DNA of 64,000 nucleotides from Spirulina sp. (GTDB taxonomy: Bacteria; Cyanobacteriota; Cyanobacteriia; Phormidesmidales; Phormidesmidaceae). The notes beneath the pieces were generated by a model, which saw nothing but the letters and a program-made list of their open reading frames with translations, was not told where the DNA came from and searched no databases. Position 1 is the stretch's first letter. Each line of letters begins with the position of its first letter. The stretch lies in NCBI GenBank assembly GCA_044070495.1, contig JBIPSI010000002.1:32001-96000 (forward strand), written 5' to 3'. Positions 37,463 to 48,862 of the stretch are shown one piece after another. Made by a program: the position numbers and the translations under genes.

Positions 37463-38101
37463 CTAGCCCCTCGCCTCCGGCTCCGCCGCCAGATCCTCCG
37501 TTCCGCCCAGGCTAGGCAGCGGACGATAGGTGTAGTTGTGCTGGGGGGCACGGGGGTTTTTCTTGATGTCGTCCTTCACCAGTTCTAGGTCAATGTAGCG
37601 GTCGGCTACGTTGATTAGACTGTCGCTGGTCATGGAACGTAGACTCACCACCTCGATGCGGGCTCCCCGATAGCTGGCGGCATCGGCAGCGTAGGCCAAA
37701 TCCCCATCGCCGCTGACCAGCACCGCCGTGTCGTAGTAGTTCACTAGAGCCACCAGATCCACGGCAATTTCCACATCCAAATTGGCCTTTTTAGATCCAT
37801 CGGGCAACTGCACTAAGTCCTTGGCAATCACTCGATAGCCGTTGCGCCGCATCCACAGCAAAAAGCCCTGCTGCTTTTCGTTACTGCGATCCACGCCCGT
37901 ATAGAAGAACGACCGAAACAGGCGTGATCCAGCGGTTAGCTTACAGAGCAACTTGGTGTAGTCAATCTCAATCCCCAATTGCAGGGCGGCATAGAACAGG
38001 TTAGAACCATCGATGAAGATAGCCACCCGTCCCCGGTTGTCGAGCACTTGCTCAGGGGTAAAAATGGCGTCTTCGCTGATTAAAGAATGAGCGTCTAGCA
38101 T
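37463..38101 (-). CDS. NYN-domain LabA/DUF88-family protein
   Basis: FIDGSNLFY, KANLDVEIAVD, LVSGDGD. Confidence 0.88.
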   Translation of the reverse strand: MLDAHSLISEDAIFTPEQVLDNRGRVAIFIDGSNLFYAALQLGIEIDYTKLLCKLTAGSRLFRSFFYTGVDRSNEKQQGFLLWMRRNGYRVIAKDLVQLPDGSKKANLDVEIAVDLVALVNYYDTAVLVSGDGDLAYAADAASYRGARIEVVSLRSMTSDSLINVADRYIDLELVKDDIKKNPRAPQHNYTYRPLPSLGGTEDLAAEPEARG

Positions 38102-38193
38102 GGGATTTTTATCCGGTTGTATTAAATCAGAGGGGTTTTAAAGGGGCTTTTATGGGGCAGTAATAATGTATTCTCCGTGGGTTAAGGCGGGGG

Positions 38194-39786
38194 CTAATCC
38201 ACGACTTCAGAAATCTCAATCCGCTGAAAAATAGGCTTGGCCTCCCCTAGGGATTGCCCTGGGGGCAGCATTCCCCAGGTAGACTGCTCAGCAAAGGACA
38301 GATCATCAGCAATGGAACGCTGGTTAAAATCCACCCCATAGCCAAGCTGCCGATAAATTTCGTTGCTCAGCCCCGGCACCACGGGCGACAACAGGTAGGC
38401 GGCAAGGCGTACCGATTCGAGGACAGCGTATAAAACGGCTTCGGTTTCCGCCTGTTTCCCTTGCTTAAAGAGACTCCAGGGGGCTTCGTCGTCAAGGAAC
38501 TTATTGCTGGCCTGCACCAGTCCCAGAACAGCGGTACAAGCTTGGCTAAATTTCAACTGCTGATAGGCCTCGGCAACGGTGTTTCCCAAGGCTTTACCCA
38601 TGCCCTTTAACCGATGGTCATCCGTTAAAGACATAGGATCAACAGAGGGAACCTTTTCTCCACAATAACGCGCCGCCATCTTTATCGTGCGATTTAACAG
38701 ATTTCCTAAATCATTGGCCAAATCAGCGTTGAGAACGTTGATGAACCGGGTTTCGTTAAAATCCCCGTCTTTGCCAAATTCAATTTCTCGCAGAAAGTAG
38801 TAGCGGACGGCGTCAGGCCCATATTTATCAACCAATTCCACAGGATCGAGGGTATTTCCTAGGCTTTTGCCCATTTTCAAGCCATCTTTGGTTAAAAAGC
38901 CATGGCCAACCACCTGCCCAGGCACAGGCAACCCCGCCGACATCAGCATGGCGGGCCAATACACGGCATGAAACCGCAGAATATCTTTGCCAATCAGGTG
39001 CACATTAATGGGCCACCACTGGCTCGTTGCGGCCTCTAAATTGGGGGTTTCGTTGGGGTCTTGCAGGGCGGTCACATAGCCTAAAAGGGCGTCAAACCAG
39101 ACGTAGAGGGTGTGGTGGGGATCCGTGGGCACCGGAAAGCCCCAGTCCAAATTGACGCGAGAGATAGAAAAGTCTTGCAAGCCCCGTGTGACAAAGCTCA
39201 AAACCTCATTGCGGCGGGTTTCGGGCTGAATGAAATCGGGCCGTTCGGCATAGAGTTGCTCTAGTTTTTCCTGGTAGTTAGACAGCCGAAAGAAATAATT
39301 CTGCTCATCCCGCCATTCCACGGTTTTGTTGGGATGGAGGGGGCAGCGGTGGTCATCCAACAAATCCCGCTCTTCTTTAAATTCTTCGCAGGAGACGCAG
39401 TACCAGCCCTGCTGCTGCCCCTGGTAAATATCTCCTTTTTCCCACACCCGCTGAAAAAACTCCCGCACAATTACCTCATGGCGGGGGGATGTGGTGCGAA
39501 TAAATCGATCCCATTGAATATTTAACTTCTGCCACAGGCTTTCAAACCCCGCCACCACCTGATCGCAATGATCCTGGGGCGAAATTCCCCGTTCTTCGGC
39601 GGTGCGGAGAATTTTTTGGCCGTGCTCATCGGTACCGGTAATCATCAACACGGGCTGCCCCGTCAGGCGATGGAACCGGGCAACCACGTCCGCCGCAATG
39701 GTGGTGTAGGCGCTGCCAATGTGGGGCAGGTCGTTGACGTAGTAGAGCGGGGTGGTGATGGCGAAGGGGGCAGCGTTGAAGGTCAT
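38194..39786 (-). CDS. metG: Methionine--tRNA ligase
   Basis: ITTPLYYVN, HIGS, GTDEHG, YVWFDAL, KMGKS. Confidence 0.96.
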   Translation of the reverse strand: MTFNAAPFAITTPLYYVNDLPHIGSAYTTIAADVVARFHRLTGQPVLMITGTDEHGQKILRTAEERGISPQDHCDQVVAGFESLWQKLNIQWDRFIRTTSPRHEVIVREFFQRVWEKGDIYQGQQQGWYCVSCEEFKEERDLLDDHRCPLHPNKTVEWRDEQNYFFRLSNYQEKLEQLYAERPDFIQPETRRNEVLSFVTRGLQDFSISRVNLDWGFPVPTDPHHTLYVWFDALLGYVTALQDPNETPNLEAATSQWWPINVHLIGKDILRFHAVYWPAMLMSAGLPVPGQVVGHGFLTKDGLKMGKSLGNTLDPVELVDKYGPDAVRYYFLREIEFGKDGDFNETRFINVLNADLANDLGNLLNRTIKMAARYCGEKVPSVDPMSLTDDHRLKGMGKALGNTVAEAYQQLKFSQACTAVLGLVQASNKFLDDEAPWSLFKQGKQAETEAVLYAVLESVRLAAYLLSPVVPGLSNEIYRQLGYGVDFNQRSIADDLSFAEQSTWGMLPPGQSLGEAKPIFQRIEISEVVD

Positions 39787-40173
39787 AGAACGGTGTGTAA
39801 AGGTTAGCCTTCGGGCAGTGGAAAACCCTGGTGAAGCGGAAATCATCCCTCTGCCCTAGGCAAAGGCAATCAAACCGCAAAAGGCCATCATACAAGGAAC
39901 CTGAACCCCTTGCCTAATCAGGCATCGAAGGGGGTAAAGGTAGGTTGTGTCGGCCATAGTGTAGCCCCTGTTTTGGTGGTGTCCTCCGCAGCGCCCAGAA
40001 GATTTAACCATTGCGTTTCTAACGTGGATGTGCTGTGCCTGGACTATGCAGGCTATAGGAGACTCCCATGGGGAGAATCCGTAGGCTTTGGCCATCCCCC
40101 GCTAGAATGGAGGTGTCGAAATGCTTCATACTTTGTTACAACAAGTAGAGATGTTGGGTTGGTATTAACCTCT

Positions 40174-40968
40174 ATGTTCGGCGGCTTTACCGGGTTCCAG
40201 CCAAACGCAGCGAACGATTTCGGCGAACGGATGATCAATTCCGTGGTCACCCAGTCCCTTCGGCACATGTTCAGCCGCAGTGATTCCATTGATGTGGCCG
40301 TCCGTTGTTCGCCCCCTAGCAAGCTCTTGCAGGGCACCGTAGACAGCTTCCGCATGGAAGGACGCGGACTGGTGATCCGCAACGAATTTGAAACCGCAGA
40401 GATGATGTTTGAAACCGATGCGGTCGCCATCGACGTGGGGGCAGCCATTGGCGGCAAAATTCGTCTGCGCCAGCCCACCCAGGCCATTGCCCAGGTGGTG
40501 CTCACCGAAGACGCCATCAACCGCGCCTTTGAAGCGGCCCTCGTGCGCCAACACCTAGAGGGCGTGGACGACGAAATCTTCACCAACATCTCCGGTGGCG
40601 ATCCCCTCACCTTCCGCGATATCCACATCACCCTCCAGCCCGATCAACGGGTGATCATCTCCGCAAAAACCGACCTGCCCAATAAAAAAGATGTGCCGAT
40701 TCAACTTACGGCCACCATCACCGTGGAAAAGCGGCGACGGATTATCTTTGCCGAGGCGGAATTCTTGGCCGATGGCATCCCCGATACCATTCGATCCCTC
40801 TCCGCTACGCTCACCCAGGGCTTTGCCACCGTCCTCAACCGCATGGTGGATCTAGAGCGCTTTAATCTGGATGGGGTGCTGCTGCGGGTCAACCGCCTAG
40901 AAACCCAGGGCAACCAACTTGTCTTCAGCGGTTATGCCCAGATCGAATACTTCCCCGGCACGGTCTAG
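40174..40968 (+). CDS. DUF2993/LmeA-like protein
   Basis: PSKLLQGTVDSFRMEGRGL...LTEDAINRAF pattern typical of cyanobacterial DUF2993 proteins. Confidence 0.7.
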   Translation: MFGGFTGFQPNAANDFGERMINSVVTQSLRHMFSRSDSIDVAVRCSPPSKLLQGTVDSFRMEGRGLVIRNEFETAEMMFETDAVAIDVGAAIGGKIRLRQPTQAIAQVVLTEDAINRAFEAALVRQHLEGVDDEIFTNISGGDPLTFRDIHITLQPDQRVIISAKTDLPNKKDVPIQLTATITVEKRRRIIFAEAEFLADGIPDTIRSLSATLTQGFATVLNRMVDLERFNLDGVLLRVNRLETQGNQLVFSGYAQIEYFPGTV

Positions 40969-41074
40969 GATAAGCCTCAGCCATGGATGACGCTAGGTGA
41001 GTCCTCTCGGATCATCGGTTCAGTGGGTTCGCCTATTCTGAAGATAGCCATTGGCGTTATTCTGCCGTTCCACC

Positions 41075-41290
41075 ATGAAAAGCCAACTCCTCAACCTCAC
41101 CTACGAAATTGAGCTACAGCCCGGTGAAACTTTCACCTTTCCCGATGACTGGAAGCCATCCCTGGGGGCTGGACGCTGGAAAATCACCATCGAGCCGGTG
41201 CTCAATCAGGAACCTGATGCCACGGTTCCAATGGACGATAGCGCTTTCCTGAACAGCTATGTTGATGAGGATGAGGGACTCTATTTGTAG
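41075..41290 (+). CDS. Small acidic protein, AbrB/antitoxin-like, apparently orphan
   Basis: 71 aa MKSQLLNLTYEIELQPGE...AFLNSYVDEDEGLY; beta-rich N-terminus and acidic tail. Confidence 0.55.
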   Translation: MKSQLLNLTYEIELQPGETFTFPDDWKPSLGAGRWKITIEPVLNQEPDATVPMDDSAFLNSYVDEDEGLYL

Positions 41291-41339
41291 GGTCAATCTC
41301 CTGGCTAACTGACACAACGCCGAAAAGCCTTGATCTCTC

Positions 41340-41372
41340 GTAGGTTGGGTGGCGCGATAGCAGAACCCAACA
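41340..41372 (+). repeat. GTAG-type REP palindrome
   Basis: GTAGGTTGGGT-GGCGCGATAGCAGA-ACCCAACA. Confidence 0.55.
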
Positions 41373-41456
41373 AGCCCGAAGTCCTCGTTTCGTAGAATTC
41401 GATGGCCTAGGCAAGTCTAGAAAGTCAGGGTATTCTTGTACTAAACAAGATGTGCC

Positions 41457-43181
41457 ATGACGACCTCCCATCCCCTCGGTTCGGTCATTCAAGGATCCCT
41501 TAGTCAGGGGTTAGAAATTCGCCTACATCCCGATATTTCGGTGGAAGAGATGCGGGTAGGCAAGTTTTTGGTGGTGCGGGGGCGGCGATCCCAGTTTTTT
41601 TGCATGTTGACCGATGTGGCCTTGGGCACGGGTAGCCAGCGAATTTTGGCCCATCCCCCAGAGCCAGAAAACCTGTTTTTGCAGGAGGTGCTGGCGGGCA
41701 CGGGCACCTATGGCACCTTGACCCTAATTCCCATGCTGATGTTTACGGAGGGAACCGGGGATAGGGAACAGGAAACAGGAAACAGGGGACGAAAAAATGC
41801 TGCCAAGGATAGCGGAGGAAGCTACATAGCCCACAGTAATGCGGAGGTAGAGCTACTCCCGGTGAAAACGATTCCGGCCCACTTTAGCCAGGTCTATGAG
41901 GCGAGCGAGCGGGATTTTCGGATTATTTTTGGCTGGGAAGATGATCCCCATCGGCGCAATTTTGCCATTGGTCAACCGATTGATATGGAGGTACCCGTCT
42001 GCCTAGATTTAGACCGCTTTGTGGAACGCAGCAACGGCATTTTTGGTAAATCCGGTACCGGCAAATCCTTTTTGACGCGGTTGCTGCTGGCGGGCACCAT
42101 TCAGCGGGGGGCGGCGGTGAATCTCATCTTTGATATGCACTCTGAGTACGGCTGGGAGGCGGTGAGTGAGGGCAAGCAGTTTAGCACCGTCAAGGGGTTG
42201 CGCCAATTGTTTCCGGGGCAGGTGCAGATGTTTACCCTGGATCCAGAATCGACCCAGCGGCGAGGGGTAAATGATGCCCAGGAATTATTTATTGGCTTCG
42301 ACCAAATTGATGTAGAAGATTTGGCCTTGGTGCGGGGAGAACTGAATCTTTCAGAGGCCAGTCTGGAGAATGCGATTATCCTGCGTAACGAATTTGGCAA
42401 GTCCTGGATCAACCGTTTGTTGATGATGACGAACGAGGAAATTCAGGAATTTTGCGAAACCAAAATGGGCAGCAAATCTTCGATTATGGCTCTGCAACGG
42501 AAGCTGACTCGATTAGCCGACTTGAAGTATCTACGCAACACCAGCACCACCAACTACGTGGGTAGAATCCTGGCTGCTTTGGATGAGGGGCAGCATGTGG
42601 TGGTGGAATTTGGATCCCAGTCCACCATGCTGGCCTATATGCTGGCGACAAACGTGATCGCCCGCCGCATCCATGCCAGCTATGTGCAAAAGGCCGACCG
42701 CTTTCTACAAACCAAAAATCCCGTGGATCGGCCCCGCCAACTGATGATTACCATCGAAGAGGCCCACCGTTTTCTCGACCCTGCCACCGCCAAGCAGACT
42801 ATTTTTGGCACCATTGCGCGGGAAATGCGGAAATACTTCGTTACCCTGCTGGTAGTGGATCAGCGGCCCTCCGGCATCGACAACGAGGTGATGTCTCAAA
42901 TTGGCACCCGCATCACCGCCCTGCTCAACGACGAAAAGGACATTGACGCCATTTTTACGGGGGTTTCCGGTGGGCAAAACCTGCGATCCGTCCTGGCCAA
43001 GCTGGACTCTAAACAGCAGGCGCTGATCCTTGGCCATGCCGTGCCCATGCCCGTGGTGGTACGCACCCGTCCCTACGATGCCACTTTCTACGCCCAGGTG
43101 GGCCAAACCACCTGGGAAGACCTGCCCGACGATCTGGTTCTCCCCGCCGCCGCCCAGGCCAAGGCCGATTTGGGTCTATAA
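41457..43181 (+). CDS. HerA/FtsK-family ATPase (HAS barrel plus DUF87)
   Basis: N-terminal HAS barrel (GSVIQGS), GKSGTGKS, IFDMHSEYG, IEEAHRF, REMRKY, DQRPS. Confidence 0.88.
   Translation: MTTSHPLGSVIQGSLSQGLEIRLHPDISVEEMRVGKFLVVRGRRSQFFCMLTDVALGTGSQRILAHPPEPENLFLQEVLAGTGTYGTLTLIPMLMFTEGTGDREQETGNRGRKNAAKDSGGSYIAHSNAEVELLPVKTIPAHFSQVYEASERDFRIIFGWEDDPHRRNFAIGQPIDMEVPVCLDLDRFVERSNGIFGKSGTGKSFLTRLLLAGTIQRGAAVNLIFDMHSEYGWEAVSEGKQFSTVKGLRQLFPGQVQMFTLDPESTQRRGVNDAQELFIGFDQIDVEDLALVRGELNLSEASLENAIILRNEFGKSWINRLLMMTNEEIQEFCETKMGSKSSIMALQRKLTRLADLKYLRNTSTTNYVGRILAALDEGQHVVVEFGSQSTMLAYMLATNVIARRIHASYVQKADRFLQTKNPVDRPRQLMITIEEAHRFLDPATAKQTIFGTIAREMRKYFVTLLVVDQRPSGIDNEVMSQIGTRITALLNDEKDIDAIFTGVSGGQNLRSVLAKLDSKQQALILGHAVPMPVVVRTRPYDATFYAQVGQTTWEDLPDDLVLPAAAQAKADLGL
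41750..41791 (+). repeat. STRR-like heptamer array (6 x 7 bp), in frame inside the HerA-like gene
   Basis: GGGAACC GGGGATA GGGAACA GGAAACA GGAAACA GGGGACG. Confidence 0.7.
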
Positions 43182-43218
43182 TCCCCAGTCCTGATACTTG
43201 GCCCCTAAAATTCTGGTA

Positions 43219-43300
43219 CAGAACCCCGGTGTCTACCCTTGGAATGGCTAGATCTCGTAGACGCACCGACGCAGAAACCGGGGTTCTCTCAATCCTGAAC
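43219..43300 (+). repeat. REPIN-like element (about 82 bp)
   Basis: Palindromic units at 43220-43234 and 43273-43287; aligns over its full length with 48863-48944. Confidence 0.75.
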
Positions 43301-43307
43301 CGATGCC

Positions 43308-43928
43308 CTAGGGGTTGACTGGTGTTACCGTCCATTGACCATCGCCAATGTACTGATATTGGGTGCGGGTTTGGGGGTTGCCCCGCAGTTCTAGGTGATC
43401 CACGCCGTCGGGTTGGAGCAGTCCTAGGCAAAACCTAGGCGGCGGGCCGGGATGATGGGCGAGTTCTGCCGATACCTCAAACCCAGAATCATCGTGGCGA
43501 GGGGTGCCTGGGGTGGGCCAGTGGAAGGACTGGCGGCTGGCCTCGGAGAGGGATTCCCAGCGATCCTGACGGGCCTGGAGGAGGGCGGGATCAGCGGTGT
43601 CGGCGGTCACCAAGATAATGGCCCCGGCTAGGCGAAACTGTTCGCGGGTTTGGGTGAAGTACCAGCACAGTTCTCCCCAGGGGGTACCCGTCAAGTCTCT
43701 GACCTTAGCACTGCGGGTATCGGTAACGAACATCAGAGCATTGCTGTGTCCATAGAAGCCCCGAAACACCACCGTGCGGTTTGTGGGACGACCATGGGCG
43801 GCCAGGGTGGCCAGTTGCACGTAGCGGCTATGGGGCTTGCTGCGGTTGCGGTGCATGGCCCTCGCCAGGGGGCTACGCCAGGGGGCTAGGGCATCGGGGT
43901 CAACAACGGCGGTTCCAAAATCAGACAT
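43308..43928 (-). CDS. Pyridoxamine 5'-phosphate oxidase-like FMN-binding protein (Npun_F5749 family)
   Basis: YVQLAT...PTNRTVVFRGF, TDTRSAK, CWYFTQTREQFR, VDHLELRGNPQ. Confidence 0.85.
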   Translation of the reverse strand: MSDFGTAVVDPDALAPWRSPLARAMHRNRSKPHSRYVQLATLAAHGRPTNRTVVFRGFYGHSNALMFVTDTRSAKVRDLTGTPWGELCWYFTQTREQFRLAGAIILVTADTADPALLQARQDRWESLSEASRQSFHWPTPGTPRHDDSGFEVSAELAHHPGPPPRFCLGLLQPDGVDHLELRGNPQTRTQYQYIGDGQWTVTPVNP

Positions 43929-44062
43929 ACTAGAAGCTGGGTCTAGAGCAACGTTGAGATTGCTAGGGGGGATTCTAGCCTAGGAGTATCCTAAGCGAGA
44001 TGTTGTGCCCTTCTACCCCATGACCTATCGCGGTTACCTGTTGACCAAGTGAGACTGTACGT

Positions 44063-45157
44063 ATGATCGTTGCCATCCTTTTGCTGATTGCTGGGGGCGG
44101 ACTATTGCTGGTAGGGGCCGAGTCCCTGGTAAAAGGAGCGTCTAGATTGGCGGGATTGTTCGGGATTTCTCCTCTCATTATTGGACTCACCGTAGTCGCC
44201 TACGGCACCAGTGCCCCAGAAATGGCAGTGAGCATTCAGTCTAGTCTGGCGGGCCAGGGAGACATCGCCCTGGGGAACGTGATTGGCAGCAACATTTTTA
44301 ACGTACTAGTCATTTTAGGGCTGTCGTCCTTGGTGGCCCCCTTGGTGGTGGCGCAGCAGCTCATTCGCCTGGATGTGCCCATTATGATTGGGGTTTCGGC
44401 CCTGCTATTTTTCTTTTCCCTCGATCAGCGGCTTCAGCCCTCCGACGGGATCATCCTGCTGATGGGCGGTGTGGTCTATACGGTCTTTTTGATATACCTC
44501 AGCCGCCGCGAAAACAACGCCGACGTTCAGGCCGAATACGATCAAGAATATGGCCTCAAGGAGAGATCCCCATGGAGTTGGCTCACCAACCTGGGCTGGA
44601 TGGTCTTGGGCCTGGGCACCCTAGTCTTGGGGTCGCGCCTGTTTATCAACGGTGCGGTAGACATTGCGACAACCCTTGGCGTTAGCCAACTGGTGATTGG
44701 CTTAACCATTGTCGCGGCTGGCACCTCCCTACCCGAATTAGCCACCTCCGTGGTCGCCACACTGCGCGGCGAACGGGATATTGCTGTGGGCAACGTGGTC
44801 GGCAGCAATATTTTCAATATTTTGACGGTGCTTGGGGTAATGGCCCTGGCATCGGGTAATGGGGTGGCGATTCCCACTGCCGTGCTCCATTTCGACCTGC
44901 CCGTCATGGTGGCGGTCGCCGTGGCATGCATCCCCATCTTTGCCACAGGCAATGTTATCTCCCGCTGGGAGGGGGTGCTGTTTAGTGGCTACTATGTGGC
45001 CTACGCCGCCTACCTGATCCTGCGGGCCTCGGATCATGCCCACCTGGGTCTCTTCAGCCAAATTATGCTGCTGTTTGTGATTCCCATTACGGTGATCACC
45101 CTGGCCACGGTGTTGTTCCGCACTTGGCCCAAGGGGCAGACCCCCGATCAACCCTAG
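44063..45157 (+). CDS. Ca2+/Na+ (CaCA, YrbG-like) antiporter
   Basis: Alpha-repeats GTSAPE/GNVIGSN and GTSLPE/GNVVGSN. Confidence 0.9.
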   Translation: MIVAILLLIAGGGLLLVGAESLVKGASRLAGLFGISPLIIGLTVVAYGTSAPEMAVSIQSSLAGQGDIALGNVIGSNIFNVLVILGLSSLVAPLVVAQQLIRLDVPIMIGVSALLFFFSLDQRLQPSDGIILLMGGVVYTVFLIYLSRRENNADVQAEYDQEYGLKERSPWSWLTNLGWMVLGLGTLVLGSRLFINGAVDIATTLGVSQLVIGLTIVAAGTSLPELATSVVATLRGERDIAVGNVVGSNIFNILTVLGVMALASGNGVAIPTAVLHFDLPVMVAVAVACIPIFATGNVISRWEGVLFSGYYVAYAAYLILRASDHAHLGLFSQIMLLFVIPITVITLATVLFRTWPKGQTPDQP

Positions 45158-45232
45158 GCCCACCGATCCTAGGGACGCAGGATAAGATCCGAGGTCTGAG
45201 TTCGTTCATCGTTGAAACGTTTTGCCTATCCC

Positions 45233-46825
45233 ATGACCCTTGCCATTGATTTTGGAACCAGCAATACCGTGATCAGCCGCTGGAATGCGGCCCTCCAGAG
45301 ACCCGAAACCGTTGCCCTCCCAGGCTTAAGTTTGGTGCTGGGCAACGATCCGCCCCTGGTACCTAGCTTGGCCTACGTAGAGCGGCGAGGGCCAGAGGGC
45401 CTAGTGGTGGGTCAAGCGGTGCGGGATCGCGGTCTGGATGTCACCACCGATCCCCGGTTTTTTCGCAATGTAAAGCGGGGCATTGGCGTTCCCTGGCGGG
45501 GTTTTTTGCCCGAAATCGACGGTCAAACCGTTACCTTTGATCAGGTCGGCCAGTGGTTCCTAGAAGCCGTTCTTACCCAGGCCAAGGCCGAGACCAACGA
45601 AGCCGACTGCCTGGTGTTCACCGTTCCCGTAGACAGCTTTGAAGCCTATCGATTGTGGCTAGGGGAATTAGCGGAACGGCTGGAGTTTGGCCAAGTACGC
45701 ATGATTGACGAACCCACCGCCGCTGCCCTCGGCTATGGCCTCACCCAGGAGAAAACCCTGCTGGTGATGGACTTTGGCGGCGGCACCCTAGACTGGTCGC
45801 TGGTGCAGTTGGCCACTCCGGTGGAAAAGGCACCGATGGGGTTCATGCTGAAGTGGGGCCGCAAACCCGCCGATCAACCCAGCACCCAAAAGCCCCAAAC
45901 CGCCCGTGTCCTGGCCAAGGCTGGAGAAAACCTGGGCGGAGCCGACATCGACAACTGGCTGGTGGATTACTTTCACCAAACCCAGGGCATTCCCATTTCG
46001 GCCCTCACCCAACGGCTGGCGGAACGGTTGAAGATTCGGCTTTCCGAAGCCCCCACCGCCCAGGAAGTCTACTTTGACGACACCGCCTTCGACACCTACG
46101 ATCTCAGCCTCAACCGCGATCAGTTCGACCAGATTCTGCACCAGCACCAATTCTTTGACCGCTTAGAGGCCAGCCTTAACCAAGTGCTCCAGCAAGCTCG
46201 CCGCCAGGGGGTAGCCCCAGAGGACATCGAAGCGGTGTTGCTGGTGGGGGGCACCGCCCAAATTCCCGCCGTTCAAGCCTGGGTGCAGCAGCGCTTCCCC
46301 GCTGAAAAAATCAAAGCCGACCGCCCCTTTGAAGCCGTCGCCCAGGGGGCACTCCAGGTCAACCTAGGGCTTGAGGTGGAAGACTTTCTCTACCACAGCT
46401 ACGGCATCCGCTACTGGGATCGACGCAACAATTGCCACGGCTGGCACCCCATCATTCAGCAGGGCCAACCCTACCCCATGGCCCAGCCCGTGGAAATCAC
46501 CCTAGGGGCCTCGGTGGAAAAGCAGCCCAGCCTCGAACTGATCCTTGGCGAACTGGGGGAAGCCGCCACCCAAACCGAGGTGTATTTTGAAAACGGTCGC
46601 CTAGTCACCCGCCAACTTTCTGAGGCCAACCGCAGCGTCCAGCCCCTCAACGACAAGGACGGTGCCCGCACCATTGCCCAACTCAATCCGCCCGGATTCC
46701 CTGGCAGTGATCGGGTGCGCGTTCTGTTTTTCGTCGATGCGGATCGCCTATTGCGCATCACCGTCGAGGACATTTTGACCGGGGATACGCTCATGACCAA
46801 CCAAGCCGTCGTCAAACTCAGCTAG
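45233..46825 (+). CDS. Hsp70-family (atypical DnaK-like) protein
   Basis: [33 protein letters not shown]; truncated substrate-binding region. Confidence 0.85.
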   Translation: MTLAIDFGTSNTVISRWNAALQRPETVALPGLSLVLGNDPPLVPSLAYVERRGPEGLVVGQAVRDRGLDVTTDPRFFRNVKRGIGVPWRGFLPEIDGQTVTFDQVGQWFLEAVLTQAKAETNEADCLVFTVPVDSFEAYRLWLGELAERLEFGQVRMIDEPTAAALGYGLTQEKTLLVMDFGGGTLDWSLVQLATPVEKAPMGFMLKWGRKPADQPSTQKPQTARVLAKAGENLGGADIDNWLVDYFHQTQGIPISALTQRLAERLKIRLSEAPTAQEVYFDDTAFDTYDLSLNRDQFDQILHQHQFFDRLEASLNQVLQQARRQGVAPEDIEAVLLVGGTAQIPAVQAWVQQRFPAEKIKADRPFEAVAQGALQVNLGLEVEDFLYHSYGIRYWDRRNNCHGWHPIIQQGQPYPMAQPVEITLGASVEKQPSLELILGELGEAATQTEVYFENGRLVTRQLSEANRSVQPLNDKDGARTIAQLNPPGFPGSDRVRVLFFVDADRLLRITVEDILTGDTLMTNQAVVKLS

Positions 46826-47016
46826 CCTCAGCCGAATCGCAACGCCCTCACAGCCCTCATGCCAAAGTCCTCTTTTCCATCACCTTCAGAGGAATCGGGG
46901 GCATACAATACCGGAAGGAAAGGCAGCGGGGAACAGATTGGCTTAGGATTGAAAGGTTCTATCTGTCCCGATTGGCCCTAGGGGTTTGGGAAGGTTCCTC
47001 GGTTAATACAGTCGCC

Positions 47017-48774
47017 ATGAAGTCTACCGTCGCACAGCTTAAGACCCAGATTCAGCGGGCCATGGTCGCCGCCTTTGGGGAAGATCTCGCCGATACCGAC
47101 CCAATGTTGGTGCCCACCAGCAACCCCAAATTTGGTGACTTTCAGGCGAATGTAGCCATGTCCCTCGCCAAGCCCCTCAAGCAAAGCCCCCGCGATATTG
47201 CTCGCCAAATCGTTGAAAATCTGGATCTTGGCGACCTGTGCGACACCCCAGAAATCGCTGGCCCTGGCTTCATTAACCTGCGGCTGAAAACGGCCTATCT
47301 AGAGGGTCAGTTAAAGACGATGCAGGCGGATCCGCGTTTGGGCGTCGCCCCGGTAGAGCAGCCCCAAACGGTGATTGTGGACTTCTCCAGCCCCAACATC
47401 GCCAAGGAAATGCACGTCGGTCACCTGCGGTCTACCATCATTGGTGATTCCATTGCGCGGGTGCAGGAATTCATGGGTCACAGGGTGCTGCGCCTCAACC
47501 ATGTGGGCGATTGGGGCACCCAGTTTGGGATGCTGATTACCCACCTCAAAGAAGCCTGTCCCGAAGCCCTGGAGGCCGATTCCACCGTGGATATTGGCGA
47601 CTTGGTGGCTTTCTACAAACAGGCGAAATTGCGCTTCGATACGGACGACGACTTCAAAACCCGTTCCCGCGAGGCGGTAGTGGACTTACAGGCTGGAGAG
47701 GACACCGCCACCAAAGCCTGGAACGTGCTCTGCGCCCAGTCGCGCCAGGAATTTCAAAAGCTCTACGACCGTCTAGATATTCAGATCCAAGAGCGGGGCG
47801 AATCCTTCTACAACCCCTTCCTCGCGGATGTCGTGAAAGATTTGGAGGCCCAAGGGCTGTTGGTGGAGGATCAGGGCGCAAAGGTGGTGTTTGTGGATGG
47901 CTTCACCAATAAGGACGGCAACCCCCTGCCGCTGATCATCCAAAAAACCGATGGCGGCTACAACTACGCCACCACTGACCTCGCCGCCATCCGCTACCGC
48001 ACCGGAAAAGATGGGGCCGAACGGGTGCTCTATGTCGTCGATGCAGGCCAGGGCAACCACTTCGCCCAGGTGTTCCAGGTCGCTGCCAAGGCCGGGTGGA
48101 TTCCCAACGGAGTCGAACTCACCCACGTTCCCTTTGGGGTGGTGCAGGGGGAAGACGGCAAAAAGTTCAAAACCCGCTCCGGCGACACCGTGCGCCTGAA
48201 GGATTTGCTGGACGAAGCCGTCAGCCGTGCCCGTACCGATCTCGAAACCCGCATTCAAGCCGAGGAACGCCAGGAAACCGAAGACTTCATCCAAAATGTG
48301 GCCGAAGCCGTGGGCATTGGTGCGGTCAAGTACGCAGACCTCAGCCAAAACCGCACCAGCAACTACATCTTCAGCTTCGACAAAATGCTGGCCCTGCAAG
48401 GCAACACCGCCCCCTACATGCTCTATGCCTACGTGCGGGTGCAGGGCATTGCTCGCAAGGGTGGCATCGATTTCGACCACCTCCCCGCCGAGGCCAACCT
48501 GCACCTAGGGGACGACAGCGAATTTGCCCTGGCCCGCTACCTGCTGCAACTGGATACCGTCCTCGAAGAAGTGGCCCAGGATCTCTACCCCAACCGCCTC
48601 TGCCAATACCTGTTTGAACTCAGCCAAACCTTCAACCAGTTCTACGACCGCTGTTCCGTCCTCCAGGCCGAAGAACCCCAGCGTACCTCCCGGCTGATTC
48701 TGTGCGACCTCACCGCCAAAACCCTAAAGCTTGGCCTCTCATTGCTGGGCATTCGCGTGCTGGAACGGATGTAG
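47017..48774 (+). CDS. argS: Arginine--tRNA ligase
   Basis: [48 protein letters not shown]-terminal LERM. Confidence 0.97.
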   Translation: MKSTVAQLKTQIQRAMVAAFGEDLADTDPMLVPTSNPKFGDFQANVAMSLAKPLKQSPRDIARQIVENLDLGDLCDTPEIAGPGFINLRLKTAYLEGQLKTMQADPRLGVAPVEQPQTVIVDFSSPNIAKEMHVGHLRSTIIGDSIARVQEFMGHRVLRLNHVGDWGTQFGMLITHLKEACPEALEADSTVDIGDLVAFYKQAKLRFDTDDDFKTRSREAVVDLQAGEDTATKAWNVLCAQSRQEFQKLYDRLDIQIQERGESFYNPFLADVVKDLEAQGLLVEDQGAKVVFVDGFTNKDGNPLPLIIQKTDGGYNYATTDLAAIRYRTGKDGAERVLYVVDAGQGNHFAQVFQVAAKAGWIPNGVELTHVPFGVVQGEDGKKFKTRSGDTVRLKDLLDEAVSRARTDLETRIQAEERQETEDFIQNVAEAVGIGAVKYADLSQNRTSNYIFSFDKMLALQGNTAPYMLYAYVRVQGIARKGGIDFDHLPAEANLHLGDDSEFALARYLLQLDTVLEEVAQDLYPNRLCQYLFELSQTFNQFYDRCSVLQAEEPQRTSRLILCDLTAKTLKLGLSLLGIRVLERM

Positions 48775-48862
48775 CCATGCGCTGCTGGAGTATCGGGAGT
48801 CACCACGGAGGATTTGCTCTAAAAATAGAGCGTTATTTTTTGGGGTGACTAGAACGCCGGAA

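Noticed and set aside
41457..43181. HerA-like ATPase as a defence system (Sir2-HerA, Nezha, DUF4297-HerA)
   Set aside because: No adjacent nuclease or sirtuin partner; it looks like the conserved stand-alone cyanobacterial HAS-barrel ATPase.
45233..46825. Atypical Hsp70 as part of a conflict system
   Set aside because: Its neighbours are a Ca2+/Na+ antiporter and argS, with no partner genes; treated as an ordinary cyanobacterial Hsp70-like protein.
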